Both the position numbers and the translations under genes were made by a program. Below the pieces are notes generated by a model. The model was not told the DNA's origin. It searched no databases and saw only the letters and a program-made list of their open reading frames with translations. A stretch of DNA of 64,000 nt, taken from Pyrodictium sp. (GTDB lineage: Archaea; Thermoproteota; Thermoprotei_A; Sulfolobales; Pyrodictiaceae). This document shows positions 26,862 through 36,997 of the stretch, piece by piece; position 1 is the stretch's first letter; each line of letters opens with the position of its first letter. Location of the stretch: assembly GCA_013540595.1 (NCBI GenBank), contig JABXKE010000002.1, positions 60,050 to 124,049 of the forward strand, in the 5' to 3' direction.

Positions 26862-28025
26862 TTAGAAGAACTTGTCAAACCATAGTTTTTCAAAAGTCGC
26901 TTTTACTACTCTGAAGAGCCTCATGCCGCCAATCATGTAGCAGTTGGGGTACTCTGCTCTCCCAAGGAGTTTGTCTGTGAAGTCACAGAATACTGCTGCG
27001 CCAAGATACCCCATGTCCATTACACATACGCCAGTCATGTTGTAGTGTTCCCCCATGAACGTGCCTTTTATCTCGTCTATTATCTGGCTAGCCACATACT
27101 CTCCCTGGAAGTGGGCAAATACGCCAGCCATGCCGAGGCCTATTGTTGGCCCTATAATGTCACCTACACCAAACACATTCTTGTACTTGGGGTGACGTAG
27201 TGTTGGTAGTTCTACGAGCATGTAGTTATAGGCCTTAGGGTTTGCAAGCTCAGACTGGGTCACCGCAGCGGGGGGCTCGTGTGGTGGCACGACGATTCCT
27301 AGGTCGAAATCTATTGATGAGCCATCCTCGAAGACTACTCTGCCCTTCTCTACCCTGGCGACATTGGGTTTACCGCCAACAAATTTGATGTTGAACATGT
27401 CTAGGAACCGCTTAAACATACTCACCATGAATGGGCCAAAAGGCTCCATAGGGTCTTTCCACTGGTGGAACACTGTTATGTCTACATTGGTTATGCCACG
27501 CTGCTCCATCAAGTATTTTATAAGGAATGCTGTCTCGAAAGGTGCTGGTGCACACTTGTATATGGGGTCATGTGTCCCTATGACTACTCTGCCTCCACGA
27601 AACTCTGCTAGCATCTTACGGCACTTCAGGGCTCCCTCAGGTGTCCAGGGCGCACAGGTATACTCGTTTCCTGGCAAGAGGTCTGGTCGTGGTGTCGAGC
27701 CAAGGGCTACGACGAGGTAGTCATAGGTGTATTCTCCACCCTTTGTCACTACTTTGTTGTTTGCTGGGTCTATCTTTGTTACCTCGTCAACAACAACTTT
27801 TATGCCTCGCTTCTCGAGCAGCTTTAGTGGCCTCGTAATATCTTCTACCTCCCTTATACCAGTCATAACCCAGAGGAGGCTAGGCCAGAAAAGGTGGCGG
27901 CCATTCTTGTCTATCAACACTATCTCTGCTTCATCACTCGACAAGTGCTCTGAGAGCTTCCTAGCCACTACGACTCCTCCAGTACCACCACCAAGGATTA
28001 GGATGCGCTTAGGCAAAATATGCAC
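26862..28025 (-). CDS. FAD-dependent pyridine-nucleotide-disulfide oxidoreductase of the sulfide:quinone oxidoreductase (SQR)/type-II NADH dehydrogenase family.
   Basis: N-terminal Rossmann motif ILILGGGTGGVVVA, a second dinucleotide-binding region, 387 aa. Confidence 0.8.
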   Translation of the reverse strand: MHILPKRILILGGGTGGVVVARKLSEHLSSDEAEIVLIDKNGRHLFWPSLLWVMTGIREVEDITRPLKLLEKRGIKVVVDEVTKIDPANNKVVTKGGEYTYDYLVVALGSTPRPDLLPGNEYTCAPWTPEGALKCRKMLAEFRGGRVVIGTHDPIYKCAPAPFETAFLIKYLMEQRGITNVDITVFHQWKDPMEPFGPFMVSMFKRFLDMFNIKFVGGKPNVARVEKGRVVFEDGSSIDFDLGIVVPPHEPPAAVTQSELANPKAYNYMLVELPTLRHPKYKNVFGVGDIIGPTIGLGMAGVFAHFQGEYVASQIIDEIKGTFMGEHYNMTGVCVMDMGYLGAAVFCDFTDKLLGRAEYPNCYMIGGMRLFRVVKATFEKLWFDKFF

Positions 28026-28505
28026 CTTGAATCGCTCCTTCCGAGAAAAGAATTTATGCTAAAGAATGAGAATATATATATCTCACACCATATAGAATTA
28101 TCATCAGAAATAAAATAATACAAAAATTTAAAACATTATTCTATCAAAAATTAAAATATTTAAAATAGTGGGATAACACTAGGATACTATCAGCTCCAGG
28201 CTAACATGATAGGCTAAGCTCTAACAATAAGAGACTAAAGGCTCAGCCTATGCTGTCATAGATCTCCTCTGCAAGCAGCCTAGCATTCCTAGCCTTACCA
28301 ATAACTGCAGCTACTAGCCCTCTACCCCCAATGCCTTCTCTGATTAAGCTGTATAGCTGAGTCCTCACATCATCAAGCCTGGTCGCAAGTAGGCTAAGAG
28401 ACTCATGGTTTTTCTCTCAGTACACTATATACTTTCTCTCTCCCATTGCTCAACATGGGCTGGTTTATTTTATGTAGTATCATGTCAAGCGTCTCTGTGA
28501 GTGCC

Positions 28506-28817
28506 CTAACTCGTATAGCAGATCTGAATACTTGTCTTTGCTAGTATAGGTAGGGGTGAAGTGGTCGCTGCAGCATAGCCAGACGCTATGCCTATACATT
28601 CAAGTTGGCTAGTATAGTTGTTCTCAACAGTGTATAGGATGAACTGTAGTATGCTCTGTGAGAGAGTGAGATCCTCGTATAAGGCTTTGAGCTGTAGCGT
28701 GACGTATAGTTCAAGGTATTCATTACGGCTCTTGTGTGCATTATACGCGTAGACTAGGCTTACTAGGAGAGCAACTGCAAGGACACCAGTTAGAACTTTG
28801 TATGCTTGTTGCTTCAT
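28506..28817 (-). CDS. Small hypothetical protein with an N-terminal TM/signal segment.
   Basis: ORF only. Hydrophobic N-terminus VLTGVLAVALLVSLVYA. Confidence 0.25.
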   Translation of the reverse strand: MKQQAYKVLTGVLAVALLVSLVYAYNAHKSRNEYLELYVTLQLKALYEDLTLSQSILQFILYTVENNYTSQLECIGIASGYAAATTSPLPILAKTSIQICYTS

Positions 28818-28963
28818 AGGAACAAAACACCACCCTACTTGTGATGCTACCTCTCCACCGTAGGGGTTTGAGTAGAGGCCAGCCCTTGTATTAGGCCGAC
28901 AAGTCTATATATTCTTGCTGCTAACTTAGAGAGCACTAATATACAGAAAAGAACGGAGTGTAA

Positions 28964-29521
28964 TCACTTCTTCTCTATCATTTTTGCCTGCCTATACTCT
29001 ATGCTATGTTTCTCGAGCTCATGGAGAACCTCGGGGGTTTCACGTAGGACGCGGTCTACTATGTGTAAATACCTTGCAACACGTATAGCGTCTGGGCTAA
29101 TCTCCTTCAGCTCAGTCGAGTCTACTACGACGTAGTGTTTCTTGTTGAGCTTCTCTCCGAGAATGTATTCTGCCTCATTAACACTTGCTTGGAGCGCAAA
29201 GCAGTGTGGGCTACCATCTATTGTGACCACTGTTATTGAGCGTGGCCGCGAGCTCCTAATGATACTAGCTATTTTCCCGTAGTGTGTTGGCGGCTCTCTC
29301 TCGGGGCATGCTAGGAGGACTGTCTTGCCCTTCGACAGTTTCTCGAAGAGTTCAGGGTTTACGAGTGGCAGGCATGCTGATGCGATTAATAGGTCTGAGC
29401 CTTTTAGTGGTGGTGCTTTCACCCAAGTGCTCCAGACCCAGGGGCATACGCCATTGTTGCACGTCAATGCCCTGCGCCTCTCCAGCATTAGTAGCTGTGA
29501 ATATTTTGCGGAAAACAACAC
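28964..29521 (-). CDS. Hypothetical Cys-containing protein (185 aa).
   Basis: ORF only. No confident family recognised. Confidence 0.3.
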   Translation of the reverse strand: MLFSAKYSQLLMLERRRALTCNNGVCPWVWSTWVKAPPLKGSDLLIASACLPLVNPELFEKLSKGKTVLLACPEREPPTHYGKIASIIRSSRPRSITVVTIDGSPHCFALQASVNEAEYILGEKLNKKHYVVVDSTELKEISPDAIRVARYLHIVDRVLRETPEVLHELEKHSIEYRQAKMIEKK

Positions 29522-29618
29522 TATAAATCGTTTATCGTTATTCCTACAACCCGGTTATAGAACGTATATACAAACAAGAGATAATAAGAGAAAACTATAG
29601 TATAATAGTATAGTACTA

Positions 29619-30566
29619 TTGAGGCTTCAAGACAGAAGAGTTGAGACTATGAAGAGCATAATTGGGACTTATGCAGCTATAATACTTGCCCTACTATTGT
29701 CCACGGCTCTCTTCACACTACTCCACGAGTACAAGGCGCCGCAGCCAGAGCCGCTCACAAGCATAGTCTTTGGAGACAATGGCTTTATCGGTGTGGTGCT
29801 ACCAGCTGGTGAAGCTGAGTCTGGAGAGCCACTAGTAGTGTATGTCTATTTAAGAAACACTAGTGTTCTCAGAGACGAGAAGTATCGTAGTATTGGAGTC
29901 AGGGTAATAGTCTACAATGCTAATAAAGGAGAGAAGGTACTTGATAAAGGGTTCTGGCTACATGAACTGCCTGGAGTGGTTCAGTTTAGGCCTCAAGTAC
30001 TAGTGAACACCACGTTCCATATTGTTGTGAGCGCGTTTAATAGGACGAGGGAAATCGATAGGGTCTACAGCACTGTGAAGGTGTACGCACCAGTAAATCC
30101 TGACGTGAGAATAGTCATTGACTATGCTTTGGTGAATAACTCCGAGATTATTGAGGAAATGGAGAAAATAGCTAGTATGCATGCTAGCATGCTTGGAGCC
30201 AATGAAACTAGGGCTAGGAAGGCTAGAGCACTACTCGTGGTTCGTGCCAAGGTGATTAATCGTGGACCTATACCTGTGACGCTATTGGTTACTGGGTGTG
30301 AGGGGGAGGTTGCTGTAGACCTCGTGGACTACAAGGTTCTGAGAGGGGATAGTGTCCTTGCGCCCCTCTTCGTGTGTCTACCACTAATCTGTTGGCCTTT
30401 AGGGCCTGGAGAAGCGTTTGTTGATAATCACTTAAAGTTCCTTGTCTACGAGTACCCATTAGAGATAGAGGTCACACTTAGAGCTAAGGTTTGTAGCTGG
30501 TGCCCAGGCCTAGGAGACACTGACTGCATAGAGGTCACTAATACTACAGTGATAAGTGTAGAGTAG
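29619..30566 (+). CDS. Hypothetical membrane-anchored extracellular protein.
   Basis: N-terminal TM helix (IIGTYAAIILALLLSTALFTLL) followed by a ~280-aa hydrophilic domain. Confidence 0.35.
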   Translation: MRLQDRRVETMKSIIGTYAAIILALLLSTALFTLLHEYKAPQPEPLTSIVFGDNGFIGVVLPAGEAESGEPLVVYVYLRNTSVLRDEKYRSIGVRVIVYNANKGEKVLDKGFWLHELPGVVQFRPQVLVNTTFHIVVSAFNRTREIDRVYSTVKVYAPVNPDVRIVIDYALVNNSEIIEEMEKIASMHASMLGANETRARKARALLVVRAKVINRGPIPVTLLVTGCEGEVAVDLVDYKVLRGDSVLAPLFVCLPLICWPLGPGEAFVDNHLKFLVYEYPLEIEVTLRAKVCSWCPGLGDTDCIEVTNTTVISVE

Positions 30567-30582
30567 CCCTAGTTGCATGTTG

Positions 30583-31308
30583 TTATTCTGGCTTGTAGAT
30601 TTTTATCCAGTCAATCAACAAGCACGTCTTCTCTCTAATCTCCTGGGTTACATGTCTATAGACTCTTCCTGGGTCGCGGCCTGGCAAGAAGACAGCATTG
30701 TCTATCCATGCATCAGCACGCGTCTTTGCTGGTTTTGCTGGTAGGGTTGCGACTTGTTTGCCGTCTATTGTGAACCTTGCATTGTCTCCAAGATACTCTA
30801 CCTTGTAGGTGTGCCACTCTGTTAGGTCTATGCCTGGAATTGAAGGCTTTGTTGAGACTATGTTTATTGGTGCTAGGGGCTTAGCTATTGTAGAGACTAG
30901 CTTCCATAACTTTAGGTTACCCCACGAGTCTATTGGGCTGAAGTACGTCCCGGATTGAGCGAAGAATCCTTGGAGAGGATACCTCCCCCTTGCTTTTAAG
31001 TAGATGAACCAGACTGGGTTGCTCACTCCCAAGATCATGCTGTGGTTCCAGAAGCCTATACCCATACTCCCATAATGGAGGCCAGTCATGCGAGCACGGG
31101 CCTCGAGTGCTACTGGGGGCTCCCATGGTAGGTCGTCGAATTCTCCGTCGGCTATCTCAGCATTGGAGTAGTATAGGGCCTCGCTAGGCCCCGTGCACAG
31201 TCTTGCAACCCCCTCAGCTATTTCTACTGCTGCAAACCCGTCTCTGCGCAGTCTCATTCTTGTCTCTTTGCTGAAGTCCTCACTGAATATTATCCTCCAC
31301 TGAGACAA
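30583..31308 (-). CDS. Hypothetical protein (241 aa). Possibly a ConA-like/jelly-roll fold, but this is weak.
   Basis: ORF with good coding character. No diagnostic motif recognised. Confidence 0.3.
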   Translation of the reverse strand: MSQWRIIFSEDFSKETRMRLRRDGFAAVEIAEGVARLCTGPSEALYYSNAEIADGEFDDLPWEPPVALEARARMTGLHYGSMGIGFWNHSMILGVSNPVWFIYLKARGRYPLQGFFAQSGTYFSPIDSWGNLKLWKLVSTIAKPLAPINIVSTKPSIPGIDLTEWHTYKVEYLGDNARFTIDGKQVATLPAKPAKTRADAWIDNAVFLPGRDPGRVYRHVTQEIREKTCLLIDWIKIYKPE

Positions 31309-31438
31309 TCTGGTTCACCGCCTGCTTTTAGTGTTGAATCAGCGGCTTTATTACGATATGTGCTACGACAAGATGTATTTAACTGTCCACATTCACTAGA
31401 TAATACAACTAGATGTGGGGGTCTAGTCCTCATTTAGT

Positions 31439-32542
31439 GTGATGTATAGGTGTAGATCCATGTTTGCAAAACACCCTCTTGAGCACGTGAAAGAGAAGCT
31501 CTCTGAGAGCGACCTCCTTGATGCTCTTAGATTAGCCATTATAGCTGAGCTTGATGCTGTGAGTTTCTATCTACAGATAGCTGCTAGGAGTCCACGTGAG
31601 GATGTTAGGAAGGTTTTTGAGGATGTTGCTAATGAGGAGAAGACTCATGTTGGCGAGTTCTTGGAGTTGTTGAAGCGCCTTGATCCACGACAAGCCGAGG
31701 AGCTTGCCAAGGGGCGTATGGAGGTCTTAGAGATTATTGGTGGTAAGAACGGTGGAGGAGGCGCTGTAGCTACCACAGGTAGTAGCGGAGAGAATAGTGG
31801 CAGTAGCGTGAGTATTGAGAGTGCTGTGGCTAGGTTGTTCCGTGAAACAGCTAATGCTAGCAGGGTTCTCCGCAGGTATTTGCCAGTGACTATTGTTGGT
31901 CCAGGCGTTGACTATGTGGCTGCGACGAGTGTAGGCTATGGCGAGGAGGGGGTTACTGTTGTCTCAGAGAGTATTGTGCCGTTGAGAGATGTCGTTGTGG
32001 AGTTTACTGTGCCAGAGAAGGTTGTTGAGAGGAGTTTGAGGTTTAATGGTTCTCTTGAACCAATAGTTGACTATGCTGCACGCAAGTTTGTAGTTGCCGA
32101 GGAGAAGATAGTTGTTAGCCAGCTAGTGGAGGCAAAGGGCGTTCTTGAAAAGAATATTGGTGCGTGGGACAAGCCTGGCGAGGCTGTAGACGATGTAGCT
32201 AAGGCTGTTTCTATGCTTGAAGCAGAAGGGTTCAATGGTCCATTCACTCTACTCGTGCCAGTACAGAGGTATGCACGGCTACTAGCTGTCTACGAGAAGA
32301 CTGGCGTAATGGAGCTTTCTAGGCTTGAGAAGCTAGTCAAAGTGGTTCGCACACCTCTGCTCCATGAGAACACCGTAGTCTTACTAGCCGCGCAGAGCAC
32401 TGTGGCAGATATAGTCGTGAGTGTTGACACACGCGTAGACTACCTTGGCCTCGAGACAAGTGGCCACAGGTTCAAGGCATGGGAGACTATTGCGTTGAGG
32501 ATAAGTAATCCACGAGGCATAGTACTAATGAGACAAGGCTAA
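31439..32542 (+). CDS. Encapsulin nanocompartment shell protein (family 1, HK97 fold) with an N-terminally fused ferritin-like cargo domain, of the Pyrococcus furiosus PfV type.
   Basis: The N-terminal LRLAIIAELDAVSFYLQIA...EEKTHVGEF is almost identical in pattern to the ferritin-like diiron motif of the PfV fusion. A Gly/Ser-rich linker follows. The C-terminal PFTLLVPVQRYARLL...HRFKAWETIALRISNPRGIVLM matches the encapsulin A-domain and C-terminal strand. Confidence 0.85.
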   Translation: MMYRCRSMFAKHPLEHVKEKLSESDLLDALRLAIIAELDAVSFYLQIAARSPREDVRKVFEDVANEEKTHVGEFLELLKRLDPRQAEELAKGRMEVLEIIGGKNGGGGAVATTGSSGENSGSSVSIESAVARLFRETANASRVLRRYLPVTIVGPGVDYVAATSVGYGEEGVTVVSESIVPLRDVVVEFTVPEKVVERSLRFNGSLEPIVDYAARKFVVAEEKIVVSQLVEAKGVLEKNIGAWDKPGEAVDDVAKAVSMLEAEGFNGPFTLLVPVQRYARLLAVYEKTGVMELSRLEKLVKVVRTPLLHENTVVLLAAQSTVADIVVSVDTRVDYLGLETSGHRFKAWETIALRISNPRGIVLMRQG

Positions 32543-32620
32543 TACTCCCCGTATACTCTTGAATAATAGTTTTCTCCCCGACAACCTAGCATGGTAATAC
32601 ATGTGTCCCGGGTAGTGAGG

Positions 32621-32639
32621 CCCCGCAAATTCTGCGGGG
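32621..32639. terminator. Perfect 7-bp GC hairpin (CCCCGCA-aattc-TGCGGGG) between convergent genes. Candidate bidirectional terminator or RNA-stability element.
   Basis: Read directly from the sequence. It lies 79 nt after the encapsulin stop and 47 nt after the stop of the minus-strand PP-loop gene. Confidence 0.3.
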
Positions 32640-32685
32640 GCTGTGAGCTACCCGTCTTTGGGCGCCCACACATTCTCCCCAAGCC

Positions 32686-34017
32686 CTAGCCATGCCTCCA
32701 CGAACCACTTAGTATCCACGCCATGGTTTGCTGCTCTGTTTTCTGGCTCCTGCCTCTCGCCGCGACAACAACGTGTGTGAGTCTCCTGAAGAACCCTCTG
32801 TGTAGACTGTATGCTTTGTGGAGCTCGTATATGCTCATGTCGGGGCATATAATGCAGTTCACATTGATTATGCCCTCCTGGTATAGCTGGTTTATTGGAA
32901 TGCTTCTCTCGTAGAGGTATAGTTGTAGTGCTAGCCTAGGCCAGTGGTATAGTGGGAGCGCGCGTATAACCTTGCTTGAGCCTGGGTACTTGCTGAGTCT
33001 CTTAGCCTTGCTATCCCACTTGCGTGTACCCTCGAGTACAATGTTTACGCCGAGCTGGTTAGCCGCTCTGAGTAGGGGCTCTACTCGTAGCAGAGTCTTA
33101 CACCACTTGTCATTCTTGTTCATGAGCCCCTTCTCAGTTATAGCTTCTAGGGGGCTAGGAGCATCAATAATGTAGAGTTCTATGTCTAGTATTGATGCAA
33201 GCTTCTCAACATATCTCGTTGTCTCGGGGAAGACTAGCTCAGAGGCAACATGTATTGCTACTACTCTATCGTTGCCCACTGCTTCACGCGCTATGCTGAG
33301 GAGGGCAGCTGAGGAGTCATCACCTCCAAGGGCTACTGCTACCCTGCCGCCTTTAGCGTGCCCCGCGAAGACTCTTCTAATGAAGTGCCTAGCCTCAGAG
33401 GCTAGGCCACCATGAATCTCCTCGTTAGCCTTCACAGCATCATCCATAGTGCCTGGCTCTAATGTCTTGAGAGCCTTCGGGGCCACATCCTTGACCCTAA
33501 CTGTGTGGTTATCAACTACTCTTGCCACTGCAACGTATCGCCCTAGGTCTAGTATAGCCCACCTCCCACGAGCATTACTCGTGCCTACCCTGATCTTCTT
33601 ACCCTTGAGGTTACCCGGAGCTAGTCCACGCAGTTCTACCGCTTCTGCGCCATAGCTTAGAGCTAGACTTGCAAGCGAGGCTGAGGGGTGGAGAACCCAG
33701 CCACGAGAAGAGGCGTACTCTAGTATTCCTAGCCGCGTAGCCTCAGCAAAAACCTCGACAGCATACTCGCTACCACGCAGCTCTACGGGGTGGAGAACTA
33801 CAAGCCTCTCCTCGAGCCCTATACGGACACCAAACTCGCGGTATATGAGGCTGTCCACAACCCTCTTTTCGGCGCGGCTAGCAAGCCAGTAGTCACTGCC
33901 TAGGCTCCAGCACACCCTACCAGTTCCACGGCAGCCTATGACTGGGATGTTCTTCTCGCGTAGCCAGCCAAGAGAAGTTGTGGCCTTGACTAGGCCCTGG
34001 AGACCCGTCAAGACCAT
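32686..34017 (-). CDS. PP-loop ATP pyrophosphatase of the PAPS-reductase-like family, with an N-terminal extension.
   Basis: The VALGGDDSSAALL motif resembles the SGGxDS PP-loop. Length 443 aa. Confidence 0.6.
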   Translation of the reverse strand: MVLTGLQGLVKATTSLGWLREKNIPVIGCRGTGRVCWSLGSDYWLASRAEKRVVDSLIYREFGVRIGLEERLVVLHPVELRGSEYAVEVFAEATRLGILEYASSRGWVLHPSASLASLALSYGAEAVELRGLAPGNLKGKKIRVGTSNARGRWAILDLGRYVAVARVVDNHTVRVKDVAPKALKTLEPGTMDDAVKANEEIHGGLASEARHFIRRVFAGHAKGGRVAVALGGDDSSAALLSIAREAVGNDRVVAIHVASELVFPETTRYVEKLASILDIELYIIDAPSPLEAITEKGLMNKNDKWCKTLLRVEPLLRAANQLGVNIVLEGTRKWDSKAKRLSKYPGSSKVIRALPLYHWPRLALQLYLYERSIPINQLYQEGIINVNCIICPDMSIYELHKAYSLHRGFFRRLTHVVVAARGRSQKTEQQTMAWILSGSWRHG

Positions 34018-34079
34018 TGAACCTTTCTCCGACCATTATCGAGTCCAGGCTATGATTCTACATGAACTAGTACTCGGGG

Positions 34080-34850
34080 CTAATACCTGCGCGTGAACTT
34101 GCTTATTATGCTCCAGTACTCTTTGTCGCCCAGTATCTTCTCCTGCTCCTTTTTAACCTTGTTTATTAGCCCTTTAGCGTTTCTTGCCACAAACCCTGAG
34201 ATAGCTTTTGCCGCCTCTACTACTCTGCCACGAGGATTTGATGGGAGGCCTACACGGCCTAGACTAGCCTTAGCCAAGAGCCACGCACCAACAACTGCTG
34301 GGGTAGCAGCCTCAGAGAGTTCTTCTGGCGTTATTGAGCCCCCTGTGGACCACCACATTTCCCTGACAAAGGATACTCCAAGGGCACGGTATATCATGCC
34401 TATCCACTTCTCGTAGAGTTCACCAGCTCTATCCCGGACATCTGCAAGAACACGGTTAGGCGAAATACCTGTAAGGGGCGCACGTACAGCCGCCGAGGCA
34501 AGATCCTCGTCGAGTACAGGGTCAAGGGAGCCCCAGACTGTGACGACGCTAGATGCGTATGCGCTGTAAAGCACAGTCTTCATGAAGGCCTCTACGGGGT
34601 CCCCTGGCAAGGACACAATCTCGTTACGAACCATAGCCTCGACCTCCTGTGGCGTAACAGGGTCAGCTGCAGCAGGCTCCCAGCCAACAATAACCCAAGG
34701 CACACTCCAAGCCCCATGACGTAGCCCTATACTCGGGTTATCAGCCACTATGAGCTCCACCTTGTCAAGCAACTCCCTCGCCGCAAGATGCCTTACTACT
34801 TCGTAGCTTGAGGCACATGTAGGGTGCACTAGCACCCTAATTCTCCTCAT
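34080..34850 (-). CDS. Hypothetical protein. The N-terminus may adopt a thioredoxin-like fold (VHPTCASSYEV).
   Basis: ORF only. Weak motif. Confidence 0.3.
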   Translation of the reverse strand: MRRIRVLVHPTCASSYEVVRHLAARELLDKVELIVADNPSIGLRHGAWSVPWVIVGWEPAAADPVTPQEVEAMVRNEIVSLPGDPVEAFMKTVLYSAYASSVVTVWGSLDPVLDEDLASAAVRAPLTGISPNRVLADVRDRAGELYEKWIGMIYRALGVSFVREMWWSTGGSITPEELSEAATPAVVGAWLLAKASLGRVGLPSNPRGRVVEAAKAISGFVARNAKGLINKVKKEQEKILGDKEYWSIISKFTRRY

Positions 34851-35080
34851 TAAAGTTCACCTCTTAGTTTGGCCTAGTAATGTTTCAAAGGATAACACAT
34901 TATTAGGGTGCCGCGCCACGTATGATAATTTGTACGACTATACAAGACTAGGCAGGCAAGTGTACGACATGAACTCTTATTCAAGCATTGTAGAGGATGT
35001 GGTGAGGTATATTAAATGTGTGCCACGCCTAGCACTTTTATAGTACTGTTTCTGGCTATGGTAATGACGGGTTCTACTCA

Positions 35081-36982
35081 ATGCCTGGCAGATACAAGCT
35101 CATAAGTGAGGACTACGACTACCTCACAGTGCTCCGAAGCCGTATGAGCGAGGAGATGCTCGAGAAGCTACTAAAGATAAAGGACCCAGAACTCCACCGC
35201 TGGATAGCAGACATTATACGGTGGGCTGAGCCAGCAAGCGTCTACCTCGTCACGGGCGAAGAAGACTTCGGGTACATCAGGAGGAGGGCTCTTGAGAAGA
35301 AAGAAGAGCTACCTACAAGGAATAAGATGCATACAGTACACTTCGACGGCCCACGAGACCTTGCACGTGACCGTAAGAATACACGCATACTAATACCTGG
35401 CGGCGAAAAGATACCATTCATAAACACTTACGACCGTGACAAGGGCCTAGCAGAAGTAAAGGAGCTGTTCCGCGGTGTAATGCGTGGCCGCGAGATGTAT
35501 GTTGGCTTCTACTGTTTTGGCCCCAAGAATTCGCCTTTCACCATGCACGCTGTACAAGTAACAGACTCCGCGTACGTGATACATAACGAGAACATCCTCT
35601 ACCGTGTGTGCTACGACGAATTCGTGGCCAAGACGCCAGGGCTGCAGTATGCTAGGTTCCTCCACTCTGCAGGCGAGCTAGACGAGCATGGCTGGTCTAA
35701 GAACATACACCTCCGCAGGATATACCTTGACCTCACAGACTACACTGTCTATAGTGTAAACACTCAGTACGGAGGAAACACTCTCGGCCTCAAAAAGCTA
35801 ATGTTCAGGTTCTGTATACACAAAGGCTACCTTGAAGGATGGCTCTGCGAGCACATGTTCATAACTGGCGTAAAAGGGCCAGGAGATAGGATAACATATT
35901 TCACTGGCGCCTTCCCAGCAGGCTGCGGCAAGACAAGCACAGCATTCGTGTCAGACACCATAGTGGGAGACGATCTAGCAATAATAAAGCCCGTCAACGG
36001 TGTACCACACGCTGTCAACCCTGAAGTAGGCATGTTCGGGATCATAGACGGCGTTAACCCGCGTGATGACCCAGTACTCTACAAGCTACTCAACGACCCC
36101 AACGTAGAGATCATATTCTCCAATGTCCTCCTAACAAATGACGGGGAGGTGTGGTGGAATGGCAAGGAGACACCGCCAAGGCCAGGCATAAACTATGCTG
36201 GCGAATGGTGGCCAGGCAAGAAGGACGAAGAAGGAAGAGAGATTAGGCCCTCTCACCCCAACGCAAGGTTCACCATGAGTATCCGCGTACTACCAAACCT
36301 TGACCCAAGAGTAGACGATCCCCTCGGCGTGCCAGTACAAGCAATGGTGTTTGGTGGAAGGGACCCAGACACTAATCCGCCAGTAGAAGAGGCGTTTGAC
36401 TGGGTTCACGGCGTGATAACTAAGGGTGCTGCCCTAGAGTCGGAGAAGACGACTGCTATACTTGAGAAGGCTGGTGTACGTGAGATAAACCCCTTCGCCA
36501 TACTAGACTTCCTCCCAATATCAATAGGCAGGTTCATACAGTTACACTTCGACTTTGCTAAGAAGGTTGACAGACTTCCAAAGATATTTGGCGTAAACTA
36601 CTTCCTCAAGGACGAGAAAGGCAACTTCATAGCAGACAAGAACGACAAGATAGTATGGCTGAAATGGATGGAGCTACGTGTACACAACGAGGTCGAAGCA
36701 GTTGAAACACCTACAGGGCTAATACCAGTCTATACAGACCTAGCAGAACTCTTCAAGAAACACCTAGACAAAGAGTATACCATTGAACGCTACGAGAAAG
36801 AGTTCATGCTACGGGCACCAATGCAGCTAGCAAGAATAAAGCGCGTCGTAGACTTCTACAGCCAAATACCGGATACACCAAAAGAGCTCTTCGAGGTACT
36901 CCAAGAACAAGCCAAGAGAATCAAAGAAGCACAAAGCAAGTGGGGAGACTACATACCACCAAGCAAGTTTGACAGGAAGTGA
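35081..36982 (+). CDS. pckG: Phosphoenolpyruvate carboxykinase (GTP).
   Basis: Kinase-1a P-loop FTGAFPAGCGKTS, 633 aa, typical GTP-PEPCK length. A TTTTATA element lies ~45 nt upstream. Confidence 0.9.
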   Translation: MPGRYKLISEDYDYLTVLRSRMSEEMLEKLLKIKDPELHRWIADIIRWAEPASVYLVTGEEDFGYIRRRALEKKEELPTRNKMHTVHFDGPRDLARDRKNTRILIPGGEKIPFINTYDRDKGLAEVKELFRGVMRGREMYVGFYCFGPKNSPFTMHAVQVTDSAYVIHNENILYRVCYDEFVAKTPGLQYARFLHSAGELDEHGWSKNIHLRRIYLDLTDYTVYSVNTQYGGNTLGLKKLMFRFCIHKGYLEGWLCEHMFITGVKGPGDRITYFTGAFPAGCGKTSTAFVSDTIVGDDLAIIKPVNGVPHAVNPEVGMFGIIDGVNPRDDPVLYKLLNDPNVEIIFSNVLLTNDGEVWWNGKETPPRPGINYAGEWWPGKKDEEGREIRPSHPNARFTMSIRVLPNLDPRVDDPLGVPVQAMVFGGRDPDTNPPVEEAFDWVHGVITKGAALESEKTTAILEKAGVREINPFAILDFLPISIGRFIQLHFDFAKKVDRLPKIFGVNYFLKDEKGNFIADKNDKIVWLKWMELRVHNEVEAVETPTGLIPVYTDLAELFKKHLDKEYTIERYEKEFMLRAPMQLARIKRVVDFYSQIPDTPKELFEVLQEQAKRIKEAQSKWGDYIPPSKFDRK

Positions 36983-36997
36983 TCCAGGCCCTTTACA

